64,000 nt of DNA from an uncultured Actinomycetes bacterium (GCA_963708105.1 OY970186.1:751790-815789), one strand, 5' to 3'; counted from the stretch's first letter, positions 13,363-22,717 are shown. Made by a program: numbers and translations. The notes: generated from the sequence alone by a model not told the origin.

Positions 13363-14764
13363 GTGACGTCACCAAGCGCAGCTCATGAGGGACCGTCGGC
13401 GCGGCACCGGGTCGTGGTGGTCGGCGGCGGTTTCGGCGGCCTACCCGCCTGCCGGTTCCTCGGCCGACAGCCGGTCGACGTCGTCCTGCTCGACCGACGC
13501 AACCATCATCTGTTCCAACCACTCCTCTACCACGTGGCCACCGCCGTTCTCTCGGAGGGTCATATCGCGGTTCCGCTGCGCGACTCGCTGCAGCGCTACA
13601 AGAACATCCGCGTCGAGCTGGCCGAGGTCACCGGTTTCGATCTCGACCGGCGGGTCGTCTTCGCAACCAGCCCGCTCCACGATCCGGTCGAAGTGCCGTA
13701 CGACAGCCTGATCGTGGCGGCCGGCGTGCGGCAGTCGTACTTCGGTCACGATGAGCTCGCGCTGTACGCACCCGGCATGAAGACGCTCGACGACGCGCTC
13801 GAGATCCGCCGCCGCATCTTCGGCGCGTTCGAGATGGCCGAGGTGACAGCCGACCCGATCGAGAAAAAGAAGTGGTTGACCTTCGCGATAGTCGGCGCCG
13901 GACCGACCGGCGTAGAGATCGCGGGTCAGATACGCGAGCTCGCGACCCGAAGCCTGCGCGGAAACTTCCGTACATTCGACCCCGCGACCGTGCGCGTCCT
14001 GCTCATGGACGGCGGCACGCAACCACTCGCCACATTCGGCAACAAACTCTCCGCGTCCGCGGCGGCCACGCTCGAGAAGCTCGGAGTCGAACTCCACATG
14101 GAGTCGCGGCGTGACCGGCATCGACGCCACAGGAATCGACGTCGAGACCAGCACGGGAACCCAGCACGTCGACGCGCGCGTCGTCGTCTGGGCAGCAGGC
14201 GTCGAGGCATCGCCCCTCGCGGCGCTGCTCGCCGAAGCATCCGGCGCGAAGACCGATCGCAGCGGGCGGATCGCGACGTTGCCCGACCTGACACTCCCCG
14301 GTCACCCCGAGGTGTTCGCGGTCGGCGACATGGTCACGCTCAACGGTCTGCCCGGCGTCGCCGAAGTCGCGATGCAGGGAAGTCTGCACGCCGCCAACAC
14401 CATCGTGCGCCGACTCCGCGGCCAGGAGACGAAGCCGTACACCTATCGCGATGTCGGCAGCGTCGCCGCCATCGGCCGATTTCGAGCAATCTGCAGCTTC
14501 CGGGGCCTGCGCCTGAGTGGATTCGCGGCGTGGATCGTCTGGCTGTTCGTCCATCTGACGTTTCTCAACGGATTCGGGAACCGCGTCGGCGCACTGACGA
14601 GATGGTTCTGGGCGATGGTCGGTCGCAAGCGACACGAACGCATCTTCAGCGTCGGCCACGTCGGCGGCGACCTCAGCGCGCCCGAAGCGGTGCGCGCCCG
14701 GATCACTCCCAACCCCTTTCCCGTGCTGCAGCCGAACGACCCGAAAGCGGAGCCGACTCCGTAA
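13363..14764 (+). CDS. ndh: Type II NADH:quinone oxidoreductase; apparent frameshift ~14108
   Basis: VVVVGGGFGG, HHLFQPLLY, AIVGAGPTGVEIAG, WAAGV, VFAVGD. Confidence 0.9.
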
Positions 14765-14787
14765 GCGCTCGCGTCGGAGCGAGGGCC

Positions 14788-14804
14788 TCACCCGAATCGA
14801 GTGA
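14788..14804. promoter_or_regulatory. Palindromic site TCACCC-GAATC-GAGTGA upstream of antiporter
   Basis: Second copy of the 17-bp motif; the inverted repeat extends to GGCCTCAC/GTGAGGCC. Confidence 0.65.
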
Positions 14805-14871
14805 GGCCACGGTCAGGCACGAATGCGAGGTTGTATCCCGTAGCAAACGCTCGGCGAAGGCGGCGCCCACA

Positions 14872-16153
14872 ATGGAACACGGCCTCGATGCCGAGGCACT
14901 CGCCGTCGTCGCCGGTTGTTTCGTGTTGTGGGGCCTCTTCTCGGCGCGATTGGAGCAGCTGAACATCAGCGCCCCGATCGCGTTCCTCGTGTTGGGTCTC
15001 GCGGTGGCCCACGAACCACTTGCTCTGCTCGAGGTCCACTTGAGCACGGCGACCTTGCGGAGCACCGCAGAGATCACCCTGGCGCTGGTCCTGTTCGGCG
15101 ACGCATCGCGGGTGAACGTCCGGGCCCTGCGCGCCGACCTCGCGGTGCCGACTCGCCTGCTCGCCATCGGGTTGCCGCTGACGATCCTGTTCGGCGGCGG
15201 TTGCGCAGCCCTGCTCTTCGGAAAGGCCGGCTTGTGGGTCGCGGCGCTCATCGGTGCGATAGTCGCTCCAACCGACGCCGCGCTCGGCGCGTCGATCATG
15301 CAAGACGAACGAGTGCCGGCCCGCATCCGCCGCGTGCTCAACGTCGAGAGCGGACTGAACGACGGCATCGCCACGCCGTTCGTGAACCTCTTCGTCGCGG
15401 GCGCGGTCGCGGCCGAGTTCGCGCACACCGAAGGTGTCGGCGGCGCCGCGCTCGACCTACTTGTCGGTGCCGGCATCGGCATCGCGGTCGGGATCATCGG
15501 CGCCCTGCTCATGCACGTGACGAACAAACGGGGTTGGAGTGCGCCCGCGTTTCGCCAGTTCGCGGTGCTTGGCCTCGCCGTGGTCGCGTATGCATTGACC
15601 ATCGAGGCGAGCGGCAACGGATTCGTCGCAGCATTCGTCGGTGGGCTCGCGTTCGGCAGTATCACACCCGCGGCCGACGAACACGTTCTCGCCTTCAGCG
15701 ACGACGTCGGCGAGCTGCTCTCGCTGCTCGTGTGGTTCGTGTTCGGCGCGGCGATGATCGTGCCCGCGTTCAAACATCTCGAGTGGCAAGACGTCGTGTT
15801 CGCGGTTCTCGCACTCACCGTCGTGCGGATGGTGCCCGTCGCGATCGCCCTGGCGGGGGTAGGGCTCGATCGAGCGACCATCGCGTTCATCGGTTGGTTC
15901 GGGCCGCGCGGGTCTCGCGTCGGTGGTGTTCGCGCTCATCGCCTTCGACAGCCTCGATCCGGCCGACGCCAATCGGGTGATCGCCGCGGTCTCGGCCACC
16001 GTTGTGCTGAGCGTCGTCGCGCACGGTGTGACCGGCGGCCCGCTGGCGGAGATCTACGGAAACCACGCCTCCGGTCTGCACCCCGACCAACCCGAGCATG
16101 GAAGCGCGGCCACGCTCCGAACGCGGTCGCACCGGGGTCGGCGTACGAGTTGA
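14872..16153 (+). CDS. Cation:proton antiporter (CPA1/NhaP-like); apparent frameshift ~15912
   Basis: APTDAALG, LNVESGLNDG, GWFGPRG(L)AS. Confidence 0.88.
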
Positions 16154-16222
16154 GGACGTAACGCGGACGCGACGCGCGCTGACCTTGCATGAAGCTTTCC
16201 GACTCGGGACGCGCGCGCAACA

Positions 16223-16239
16223 TCACCCGGCGCGGGTCT
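16223..16239. promoter_or_regulatory. Palindromic site TCACCC-GGCGC-GGGTCT upstream of hydrolase pair
   Basis: Third, more degenerate copy of the 17-bp motif. Confidence 0.5.
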
Positions 16240-16330
16240 TGTACGCCAGGGCTTTCAGGGCCAAGATGCAACCGCCAATTGCGCGACCACTCTGCCCGGC
16301 GGAGAGCGGTCCCGAACGCCGGAGGACCAC

Positions 16331-17230
16331 ATGCTCGAAGACTTGCGGCAGATCAACGCGGGAACCCTCGATGTGGGCTACGTCGACGCGGGGCCAAGCA
16401 ACGGTCAAGCGGTCGTCCTGTTGCACGGATGGCCCTACGACATTCACAGCTTTGCCGACGTCACACCGATACTCACCGCCGCGGGTTACCACGTCATCGT
16501 CCCGTACCTCCGCGGCTACGGGACGACGCGTTTTCTTTCGGACGACACGCCGCGCAACGGTCAGCAGGCAGTTGTCGCGGCCGACGCCGTGGCGCTGATG
16601 GATGCGCTGAACATCGACTCCGCGATCCTCGCGGGCTTCGACTGGGGCGCACGCACCGCCAACGTCGTCGCCGCGCTCTGGCCCGAACGATGCAAGGCCA
16701 CGGTCTCGGTGAGCGGCTACCTGATCGGCAGCCAAGAGGCGAACATGGCACCACTGCCGCCGCAAGCGGAGTTGGCGTGGTGGTACCAGTTCTATTTCGC
16801 GACCGAACGCGGCAAAGCCGGCTACGACAAGAACCGCCGCGACTTTGCCAAGCTCATCTGGACGACCGCGTCGCCCAAGTGGAACTTCGACAGCGCGACC
16901 TTCGATCGGAGCGCGGCCGCCTTCGACAATCCGGACCACGTCGACGTCGTGATTCACAACTACCGTTGGCGGCTCGGCCTGGCCGAAGGCGAAGCGCAAT
17001 ACGACGAACTCGAAACGCGCCTCGCGGAGGCACCAGTGGTCACCGTGCCGACCATCACCCTCGAGGGCGACGCCAACGGCGCGCCGCATCCCGACCCGAG
17101 CGTCTACGCCCCGAAGTTCTCGGGCAAGTACGCGCACCGGAACATCACCGGTGGCGTCGGGCACAACCTCCCGCAGGAAGCTCCACAACCTTTCGCCGAT
17201 GCGGTCATGGAGGTCGACCGCTACGCCTGA
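16331..17230 (+). CDS. Alpha/beta hydrolase (epoxide hydrolase-like)
   Basis: LLHGWP, PYLRGYG, GFDWGA nucleophile elbow, GHNLPQE; GGAGG RBS. Confidence 0.9.
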   Translation: MLEDLRQINAGTLDVGYVDAGPSNGQAVVLLHGWPYDIHSFADVTPILTAAGYHVIVPYLRGYGTTRFLSDDTPRNGQQAVVAADAVALMDALNIDSAILAGFDWGARTANVVAALWPERCKATVSVSGYLIGSQEANMAPLPPQAELAWWYQFYFATERGKAGYDKNRRDFAKLIWTTASPKWNFDSATFDRSAAAFDNPDHVDVVIHNYRWRLGLAEGEAQYDELETRLAEAPVVTVPTITLEGDANGAPHPDPSVYAPKFSGKYAHRNITGGVGHNLPQEAPQPFADAVMEVDRYA

Positions 17231-17263
17231 ACCATCCATCTCAGTGAAAGGGGACAGCTGCTC

Positions 17264-18475
17264 ATGAGTCAAGGCACACAACCGACGACCGGCGCCAAGA
17301 CCGCGATTCGCGCGTTCCAGGTGCTGGACGTCCCGGAAGAGAAGCTCACCGACCTGCGCCGGCGCATCAACGCCATGGTGTGGCCGGACCGCGAACTGGT
17401 CGCGGATCGATCACAGGGCGTGAACCTCGAAACGATGCAAGCGCTCGCGCGTTACTGGGCGAACGATTACGACTGGCGCAAGTGCGAAGCCAAGTTGCAG
17501 AGCCTCCCCCAGTTCGTGACCGAGATCGACGGCGTCGACATCCACTTCATTCATGTTCGTTCGGAACATGCGGGTGCGCTGCCGATGATCATCACGCACG
17601 GTTGGCCGGGCTCGATCATCGAACAGCTCAAGGTCATCGAGCCGCTCACCAACCCGACCGCGTTCGGCGGTACCGCGGCCGACGCGTTCGACGTCGTGAT
17701 TCCGTCGCTGCCCGGTCACGGGTATTCAGGGATCCCGAGAGAGCTGGGTTGGGATCCGATCCGCATCGCGCGCGCGTGGAGCGTGCTGATGACGCGCCTG
17801 GGCTACGACAAGTACGTCGCGCAAGGCGGCGATTGGGGCAACGCGGTAACCGAGCAACTGGCCCTGCAGCTCCCGGCCGGATTGGTCGGCATCCACACGA
17901 ACATGCCGGCCGCCGTTCCCGAAGACATCGGGAAGCTCATCGATGCCCACGGACCCGAACCGACAGGGCTCTCGGCCGACGAGAAGTACGCGTGGGATCA
18001 GCTCGACTTCTTCTTCAAGAAGGGAACCGGCTACGCGGGAGAGATGGCACTGCGTCCGCAGACGCTGTACGCACTCATGGACTCTCCTATCGGGCTCGCG
18101 GCATGGATGCTCGACCACGACGACGCGAGCTACGCGCTCATTGCTCGCGTCTTCGACGGCGCCCAGGAGGGCCTGACCCGCGACGACATCCTCGACAACG
18201 TCACCCTCTACTGGTTGACGGAGACGGCGGTGTCGTCGGCTCGCCTCTACTGGGAGAGCAAGCTCGCGTTCTTCGCACCCAAGGGTGTGACGCTTCCGAC
18301 GGCCGTGAGCGTGTTCCCGAACGAGATCTACACCGCGCCGCGCAGCTGGACCGAGAAGGCGTATCCCAACCTGATCCACTACAACCGGCTCGACAAAGGC
18401 ACGCACTTCGCGGCCTGGGAACAGCCGGAGCTGTTCACCTCGGAGATGCGGGCGTCGTTCGCGTCACTCCGCTGA
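17264..18475 (+). CDS. Epoxide hydrolase (microsomal-type, EHN domain)
   Basis: YWANDYDWR, THGWPGS, PSLPGHGYS, QGGDWG, HFAAWEQP. Confidence 0.92.
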   Translation: MSQGTQPTTGAKTAIRAFQVLDVPEEKLTDLRRRINAMVWPDRELVADRSQGVNLETMQALARYWANDYDWRKCEAKLQSLPQFVTEIDGVDIHFIHVRSEHAGALPMIITHGWPGSIIEQLKVIEPLTNPTAFGGTAADAFDVVIPSLPGHGYSGIPRELGWDPIRIARAWSVLMTRLGYDKYVAQGGDWGNAVTEQLALQLPAGLVGIHTNMPAAVPEDIGKLIDAHGPEPTGLSADEKYAWDQLDFFFKKGTGYAGEMALRPQTLYALMDSPIGLAAWMLDHDDASYALIARVFDGAQEGLTRDDILDNVTLYWLTETAVSSARLYWESKLAFFAPKGVTLPTAVSVFPNEIYTAPRSWTEKAYPNLIHYNRLDKGTHFAAWEQPELFTSEMRASFASLR

Positions 18476-18486
18476 GTTGCATTGCG

Positions 18487-18514
18487 AGGGCGGCGCACGA
18501 AAGTGCGCCGCCCT
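18487..18514. terminator. Hairpin between convergent genes (likely bidirectional terminator)
   Basis: AGGGCGGCGCAC-GAAA-GTGCGCCGCCCT perfect 12-bp stem. Confidence 0.8.
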
Positions 18515-18518
18515 GGTG

Positions 18519-18815
18519 CTAGTAGTCGCGATCCTCGACGACGTCGAGGTTGACGAACGTCGCGGGCGCCGTGCACGCGGCCGCGAGCTTCTCGGCGAAC
18601 TCGGCCGTGACCGGGAGCTCGGAGTTCTTCATCGCCGACTCGTGCGAGTCGAAGAACACGATCTCGAGGTATCGGCCCGGTTGGTCGCGGTCGGCGCAGA
18701 GAATGCCCCGCCGAGCCGTCGTGTCACCGGTCCCCTGCGCGGCCCACTCGTTTTCCAGCCTGCGGATCTCGTCGATGTTGTCGGTCCGGAACTCGATCAT
18801 CTGAACGAATGCCAT
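18519..18815 (-). CDS. Small hypothetical protein (dimeric alpha-beta barrel-like)
   Basis: MAFVQMIEFRTD..DRDQPGRY..F.SHESAMKNSELP..FVNLDV; AGGAG RBS. Confidence 0.75.
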   Translation of the reverse strand: MAFVQMIEFRTDNIDEIRRLENEWAAQGTGDTTARRGILCADRDQPGRYLEIVFFDSHESAMKNSELPVTAEFAEKLAAACTAPATFVNLDVVEDRDY

Positions 18816-18850
18816 CTCGGCCCCTCTCCTCAACGGGTACTCAGCCGACG

Positions 18851-19366
18851 CTAAGCCGCCGCGCGACGACCGGCAAGGGTCCGAAACGACTGCTGTGGCG
18901 CGACATCTCGCCTCGCTACACGCGGCGCGACTGATCGGCGCGACTTCCGCCGCGGCATGCCGCGGCCGGTCTCGGCGTAGACACGCAAGCTCTCGATGAA
19001 GTGGTCCCAGCCGCGCGTGCACATGTCGATGCAGTCCAACTCCGAGGTAAGACCGTGATGGCGGAAATACAGCTCCGACCCGCCGCCATCGACCGGCGTG
19101 ATCATGAAGGTCGGATGCGTGCCCACCCAGTCGGGAAGAAAGCTGCATTCGTCGACGGTCCACTGCACGAACGTCGGCCGGGTGGCCCGATCGACATGAA
19201 TCAACAGCGGTTCCGGCGGGTCGAACGAGAACCGGAGCTCACCGCCGGTGTCACCCGATCCGTCGACCTCCGTCCACCACGCGGCGAGACCTGAGGGGGT
19301 CGTGAGTGCGGCGAAGAGCGCTTCCGGATCGGCGTTCACATGCATCGTCTTGCGATAGTCCGTCAT
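18851..19366 (-). CDS. SRPBCC/Aha1 domain protein (true stop possibly TAG 18916-18918 if an indel near 18950 is an error)
   Basis: ALTTPSGLAAWWT, DWVGTHPTF, FRHHGL..C..GWDHF. Confidence 0.82.
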   Translation of the reverse strand: MTDYRKTMHVNADPEALFAALTTPSGLAAWWTEVDGSGDTGGELRFSFDPPEPLLIHVDRATRPTFVQWTVDECSFLPDWVGTHPTFMITPVDGGGSELYFRHHGLTSELDCIDMCTRGWDHFIESLRVYAETGRGMPRRKSRRSVAPRVARRDVAPQQSFRTLAGRRAAA

Positions 19367-19374
19367 CTCGCACC

Positions 19375-20079
19375 TCAATAGTCGAGCGACGAGTACCAGT
19401 CGCCACGGCCCTGTGGGGTCAGGTCGAGCACGTGCCATGTCGCGCACAGCAGGTCGATGCCCCGCTCGCGAATCTCGGACGAGAACCACGGTCGCATCGA
19501 GTACGTGTGACGCACATTGCCGTCGGCATCGCGGACGAACACGGACACCATCGAGTCCTGGACGCCGTCGGCCTCCTCACTCAGCAGGTCGTATTTGAAC
19601 GTATTGTCGCCGCAGCTGAGCAGACGCGGCCGATCCCACCCGCGATCGCGGGCGAAGGCGCGCAGCGGTTCGGGATCCGCCGCCGCGACAACGACGAAAT
19701 CGACGTTCTGGGCCAGGTGCCGCGCCACACCGTTGAAACCGTCGACCCATTGGGTGCACATCGGGCAGGGTTCCGTCTGCGCCTTGCCGTACATCAGGTG
19801 GTACACGACAAGCGCGCGGTCGGGCGCCGTGAACAGTTCACTGAGCCGCACCGTCGCCACCGGCGCGTCGCCACGTCGAGGCCGCGCGGCCCTTCGACGA
19901 ACGCGTAGTCGTCGACCACCGGACCGGCCGGCAAGGCCCGCCGCATCTGCGCAACGCGCTCGCCGTGTTGCATCAATTCGATCTCGGCGTGCAGAAGTTC
20001 CGCCGCGCGCCTCGACGTAAGCCGCCGACTCGTTCGGCAAACGGGTCAGCGGTACCTCATTGTCTTGGTCCATCCGCAT
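19375..20079 (-). CDS. DUF899 family thioredoxin-like protein; two compensating frameshifts (~19870, ~20005)
   Basis: NES.AY, alternate frame AEIELMQHGERVAQMRRALPAGP, PCPMCT.WVDG, LDLTPQGR. Confidence 0.85.
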   Translation of the reverse strand: MRMDQDNEVPLTRLPNESAAYVEARGGTSARRDRIDATRRARCADAAGLAGRSGGRRLRVRRRAARPRRGDAPVATVRLSELFTAPDRALVVYHLMYGKAQTEPCPMCTQWVDGFNGVARHLAQNVDFVVVAAADPEPLRAFARDRGWDRPRLLSCGDNTFKYDLLSEEADGVQDSMVSVFVRDADGNVRHTYSMRPWFSSEIRERGIDLLCATWHVLDLTPQGRGDWYSSLDY

Positions 20080-20497
20080 ACGGCGTTCCCTCTCCTGTCG
20101 TGCAGAACTGGCGCAGGCTGTTCAGGTAGTAGCCCCAACGAAAGTTGTACGAGCCGTACGCGTCGTCATCGACCTCGACCGCGTAGTCCTGCCAGAACCG
20201 CAGGCGCACCTGACCGTCGCCGAGCAGCGAGAGCTGGAACCGGAAGGTGTTGTCGCGCCACGGTTCGTGCCCGCCGACGCACTTCCAGACGAGCTCGGAG
20301 TCTTCGTCGGCGCGGACGATCTCCATCACGGGACTGAAGGCGGCGGTGAACGTGAACTCGAGGCGGTCCCCCACCTCGGCCGACGGCGCTTTCACACGCG
20401 GGCTCCACCAGCCGGCCAAACCTTGTTCCTCGGTGATCGCCGACCACACCGCGGTCACCGGAACGTCGAGATCGACGACGTGATGTACGACTTTCAT
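20057..20497 (-). CDS. SRPBCC/Aha1 domain protein
   Basis: VWSAIT.EQGLAGWW, LVWKCVGG, NFRWGYYLNSLR. Confidence 0.85.
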   Translation of the reverse strand: MKVVHHVVDLDVPVTAVWSAITEEQGLAGWWSPRVKAPSAEVGDRLEFTFTAAFSPVMEIVRADEDSELVWKCVGGHEPWRDNTFRFQLSLLGDGQVRLRFWQDYAVEVDDDAYGSYNFRWGYYLNSLRQFCTTGEGTPYADGPRQ

Positions 20498-20892
20498 GAG
20501 CTCTCCCTCAACGTTGCGGTCAACGCGTCGAGCTTCTCGGCCCAGCCCGCGTCGAAGGACGGACGCGGGTCGTTCGGCAACGCGCGGTGCACGAGATTCA
20601 GGACGGTTGCCGCGCCGTCCGGGCGCAACGTGATCGTGACGAATGTCGGCGTGTCGTCGAGGTCCCAGCGCATCCGGAGGCGCCGCGGCGGATCCAGCTC
20701 GAGCACCTCGACCGGGATGAAGCCGCGTCCGGGACGACTGTCGAAGTGAAAGCGATGACCGACGCGCGGCTCGAAGTCGTTCGGCATCAGCCACTGCGCG
20801 AGCGCGTCGCGCTCGGAGATTGCCGCCCAGACCCGTTCCACCGGATGTTCGAAGCGCACTTCGTGCACGATGCTTCCGTCGGCCTCGATCAC
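20494..20892 (-). CDS. SRPBCC/Aha1 domain protein
   Basis: HPVERVWAAIS..LAQWLMPNDFEPRVGHRF, GW..L. Confidence 0.88.
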   Translation of the reverse strand: MIEADGSIVHEVRFEHPVERVWAAISERDALAQWLMPNDFEPRVGHRFHFDSRPGRGFIPVEVLELDPPRRLRMRWDLDDTPTFVTITLRPDGAATVLNLVHRALPNDPRPSFDAGWAEKLDALTATLRESS

Positions 20893-21218
20893 GATTCACC
20901 GTCGAGGTGTTCGCGGAGGCGCTGCAGCGAAGCCGCCCAGAAATCGTCGAGGCCGGCGAGCCAGTCGTCGACCGCGGCCAGTCCCTCTCGGCGCAACGAG
21001 TAGTAGCGCTCCCGCCCGTCCCGGCGTTCGGCCACCACCCCGACGTCGAGCATGAGCCGGAGGTGTTGCGACACCGCGGAGCGACTCACCGGGAGGCGAT
21101 CGGCGAGGTCACCGGCCCGGCCTTCGTGGTGTGCGAGCCGTTGCAGCAGCTCGCGGCGAATCGGGTGGGCCAGCACGCCGAACGCATCTTCCACAACGGG
21201 TGCCCCGGCGGTTCCCAT
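20889..21218 (-). CDS. ArsR/SmtB family transcriptional regulator
   Basis: F.VLAHPIRRELL, SRSAVSQHLR.M, GRERYYSL. Confidence 0.92.
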   Translation of the reverse strand: MGTAGAPVVEDAFGVLAHPIRRELLQRLAHHEGRAGDLADRLPVSRSAVSQHLRLMLDVGVVAERRDGRERYYSLRREGLAAVDDWLAGLDDFWAASLQRLREHLDGES

Positions 21219-21224
21219 GCCGTC

Positions 21225-21254
21225 ATAATACGACAGGAGAATCTAACGAGTCAA
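21225..21254 (-). promoter_or_regulatory. Sigma-70 promoter of ArsR operon (TTGACT-N18-TATTAT, leaderless)
   Basis: ATG 6 nt after -10; imperfect inverted repeat GTTAG-N6-CTGTC in the spacer. Confidence 0.65.
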
Positions 21255-22546
21255 GGCGACGGCTCGTCGGGCGACTCACCGGGCGACTCGCCGGGCAACT
21301 CACTGGAGCGCGAGTGCTTGCGGGTGCCGACCCGTTGGCTCGAGTAGATACCCCGATGCGAGCTGGCGATATACGAGATCACACACGCGATCGCGAACAG
21401 CACCACATTGCCCGCGCCGAAGAGCTCTACGGCCATGACCGTGCACGCGATCGGTGTGTTGGCCGCGCCCGCGAACACGGCGACGAAACCCATCGCCGCG
21501 AGCAGAGGGATCGGCATGCCGAGCAACCGGCCGAGGGTTGCGCCGAGCGTTGCACCGATGACGAACAGCGGCGTCACTTCGCCGCCCACGAAGCCGGAGC
21601 CGAGCGTGACCGACGTGAACAACAGCTTCAGCGCGAACGCGAACAAGACAACGCCCGCACCGCCCGCCAACGCCTTCGAGACGAGCGGGAGCGAGAGACC
21701 GAGGTAGTCGCGGTTTCCGACCGCGTACGTGAGCCCGATGATCAGGAGACCGCCGATGAGCGGACGCGCCGGCGCCCAGTGCACGGTCTTCGCAAAGATC
21801 CCGTGCACGCGGTGCGTCACTTCCGCGAACAAGAACGCGACGACGCCGAAGACGAGACCGGCGAGCACGACCTTCGCGAACAACGGCGCGGTCATGTCGA
21901 CCTTCGCCAACTGCGGTGTCGCCTCGTGATGCACTCCCAGCCCGCGCACCACAATGTCGCCGACGATGCTCGCCGACAGCGCGGCGACGAGCGCGTCGTA
22001 ACGAATCCGTCCGATCGACTGCACTTCAAGCGCGAAGATGCATCCCGCGATCGGGACACCGAACACCGAACCGAAACCGCCTGCGATCGCCGCGATCAAC
22101 AGCAGTCGGCGATCGGCGGGCGAGATCCGGTGCGACCGGAACACGGTGTCGGTGATGCTCCCCGCCATCTGAATCGCCGTGCCCTCGCGCCCCGCAGATC
22201 CGCCGAACAGATGGGTGATGATCGTTCCGACGAAGATCAGCGGCGCCATGCGGCGCGGTACCCACGCCTTCGGTTCGTGGATCTCGTCGAGGATGAGGTT
22301 GTTGCCCTCGCTCGACCGTCCACCGCCGTAGTGATACGCGAGCCCCACGACGAAACCGGCCAACGGCAGCACGAACAGCAACCAACCGTGCGCCTCGCGC
22401 GTACGCGTGGCCCAGTCGAGGGCTTTCAGGAACACTGCCGACGCGACTCCGGCAAGCACTCCGACGATCGCGCCGAGCACGATCCACTTGACGAGATAGA
22501 CGACCCGCGCGAACGGTTCCTCGGCGCTCAACCCCTCGGCACTCAC
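21251..22546 (-). CDS. CLC-F fluoride/H+ antiporter (EriC-F)
   Basis: Clade signatures GNNLI, GREGT, GEVTP. Confidence 0.92.
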   Translation of the reverse strand: MSAEGLSAEEPFARVVYLVKWIVLGAIVGVLAGVASAVFLKALDWATRTREAHGWLLFVLPLAGFVVGLAYHYGGGRSSEGNNLILDEIHEPKAWVPRRMAPLIFVGTIITHLFGGSAGREGTAIQMAGSITDTVFRSHRISPADRRLLLIAAIAGGFGSVFGVPIAGCIFALEVQSIGRIRYDALVAALSASIVGDIVVRGLGVHHEATPQLAKVDMTAPLFAKVVLAGLVFGVVAFLFAEVTHRVHGIFAKTVHWAPARPLIGGLLIIGLTYAVGNRDYLGLSLPLVSKALAGGAGVVLFAFALKLLFTSVTLGSGFVGGEVTPLFVIGATLGATLGRLLGMPIPLLAAMGFVAVFAGAANTPIACTVMAVELFGAGNVVLFAIACVISYIASSHRGIYSSQRVGTRKHSRSSELPGESPGESPDEPSP

Positions 22547-22639
22547 CGTTGTCTCCTCGCCGGATTCGAAACAACATCCGTCGAGGGCACCGCAGCCGGC
22601 ATACGAACGGTTCCCTACACGATTGACGTTTGTCGATCA

Positions 22640-22688
22640 GTAGGGACCATCAGCCGATGAAGGCGGTTAAAGGCGAGTCCCATCGCCG
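22640..22688 (-). ncRNA. Fluoride riboswitch (crcB motif)
   Basis: Minus strand GGCGATGGGACTCGCC-TTTAACCGCC-TTCATCGG-CTGATGGTCCCTAC; TAAACT -10 at 22695-22700; upstream of CLC-F. Confidence 0.93.
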
Positions 22689-22717
22689 AACAGCAGTTTA
22701 CTACGGCGATTCGTGGG

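Noticed and set aside
14765-14871. Na+/Li+ or c-di-AMP riboswitch upstream of the antiporter
   Set aside because: The hairpins do not match the consensus features I recall and are better explained by the 17-bp DNA palindrome; a covariance-model search would settle it.
13363-16161. 932-aa ORF suggesting an NDH-2/antiporter fusion
   Set aside because: Created by the ~14108 indel; ndh ends at TAA 14764 in another frame and the middle of the ORF is off-frame.
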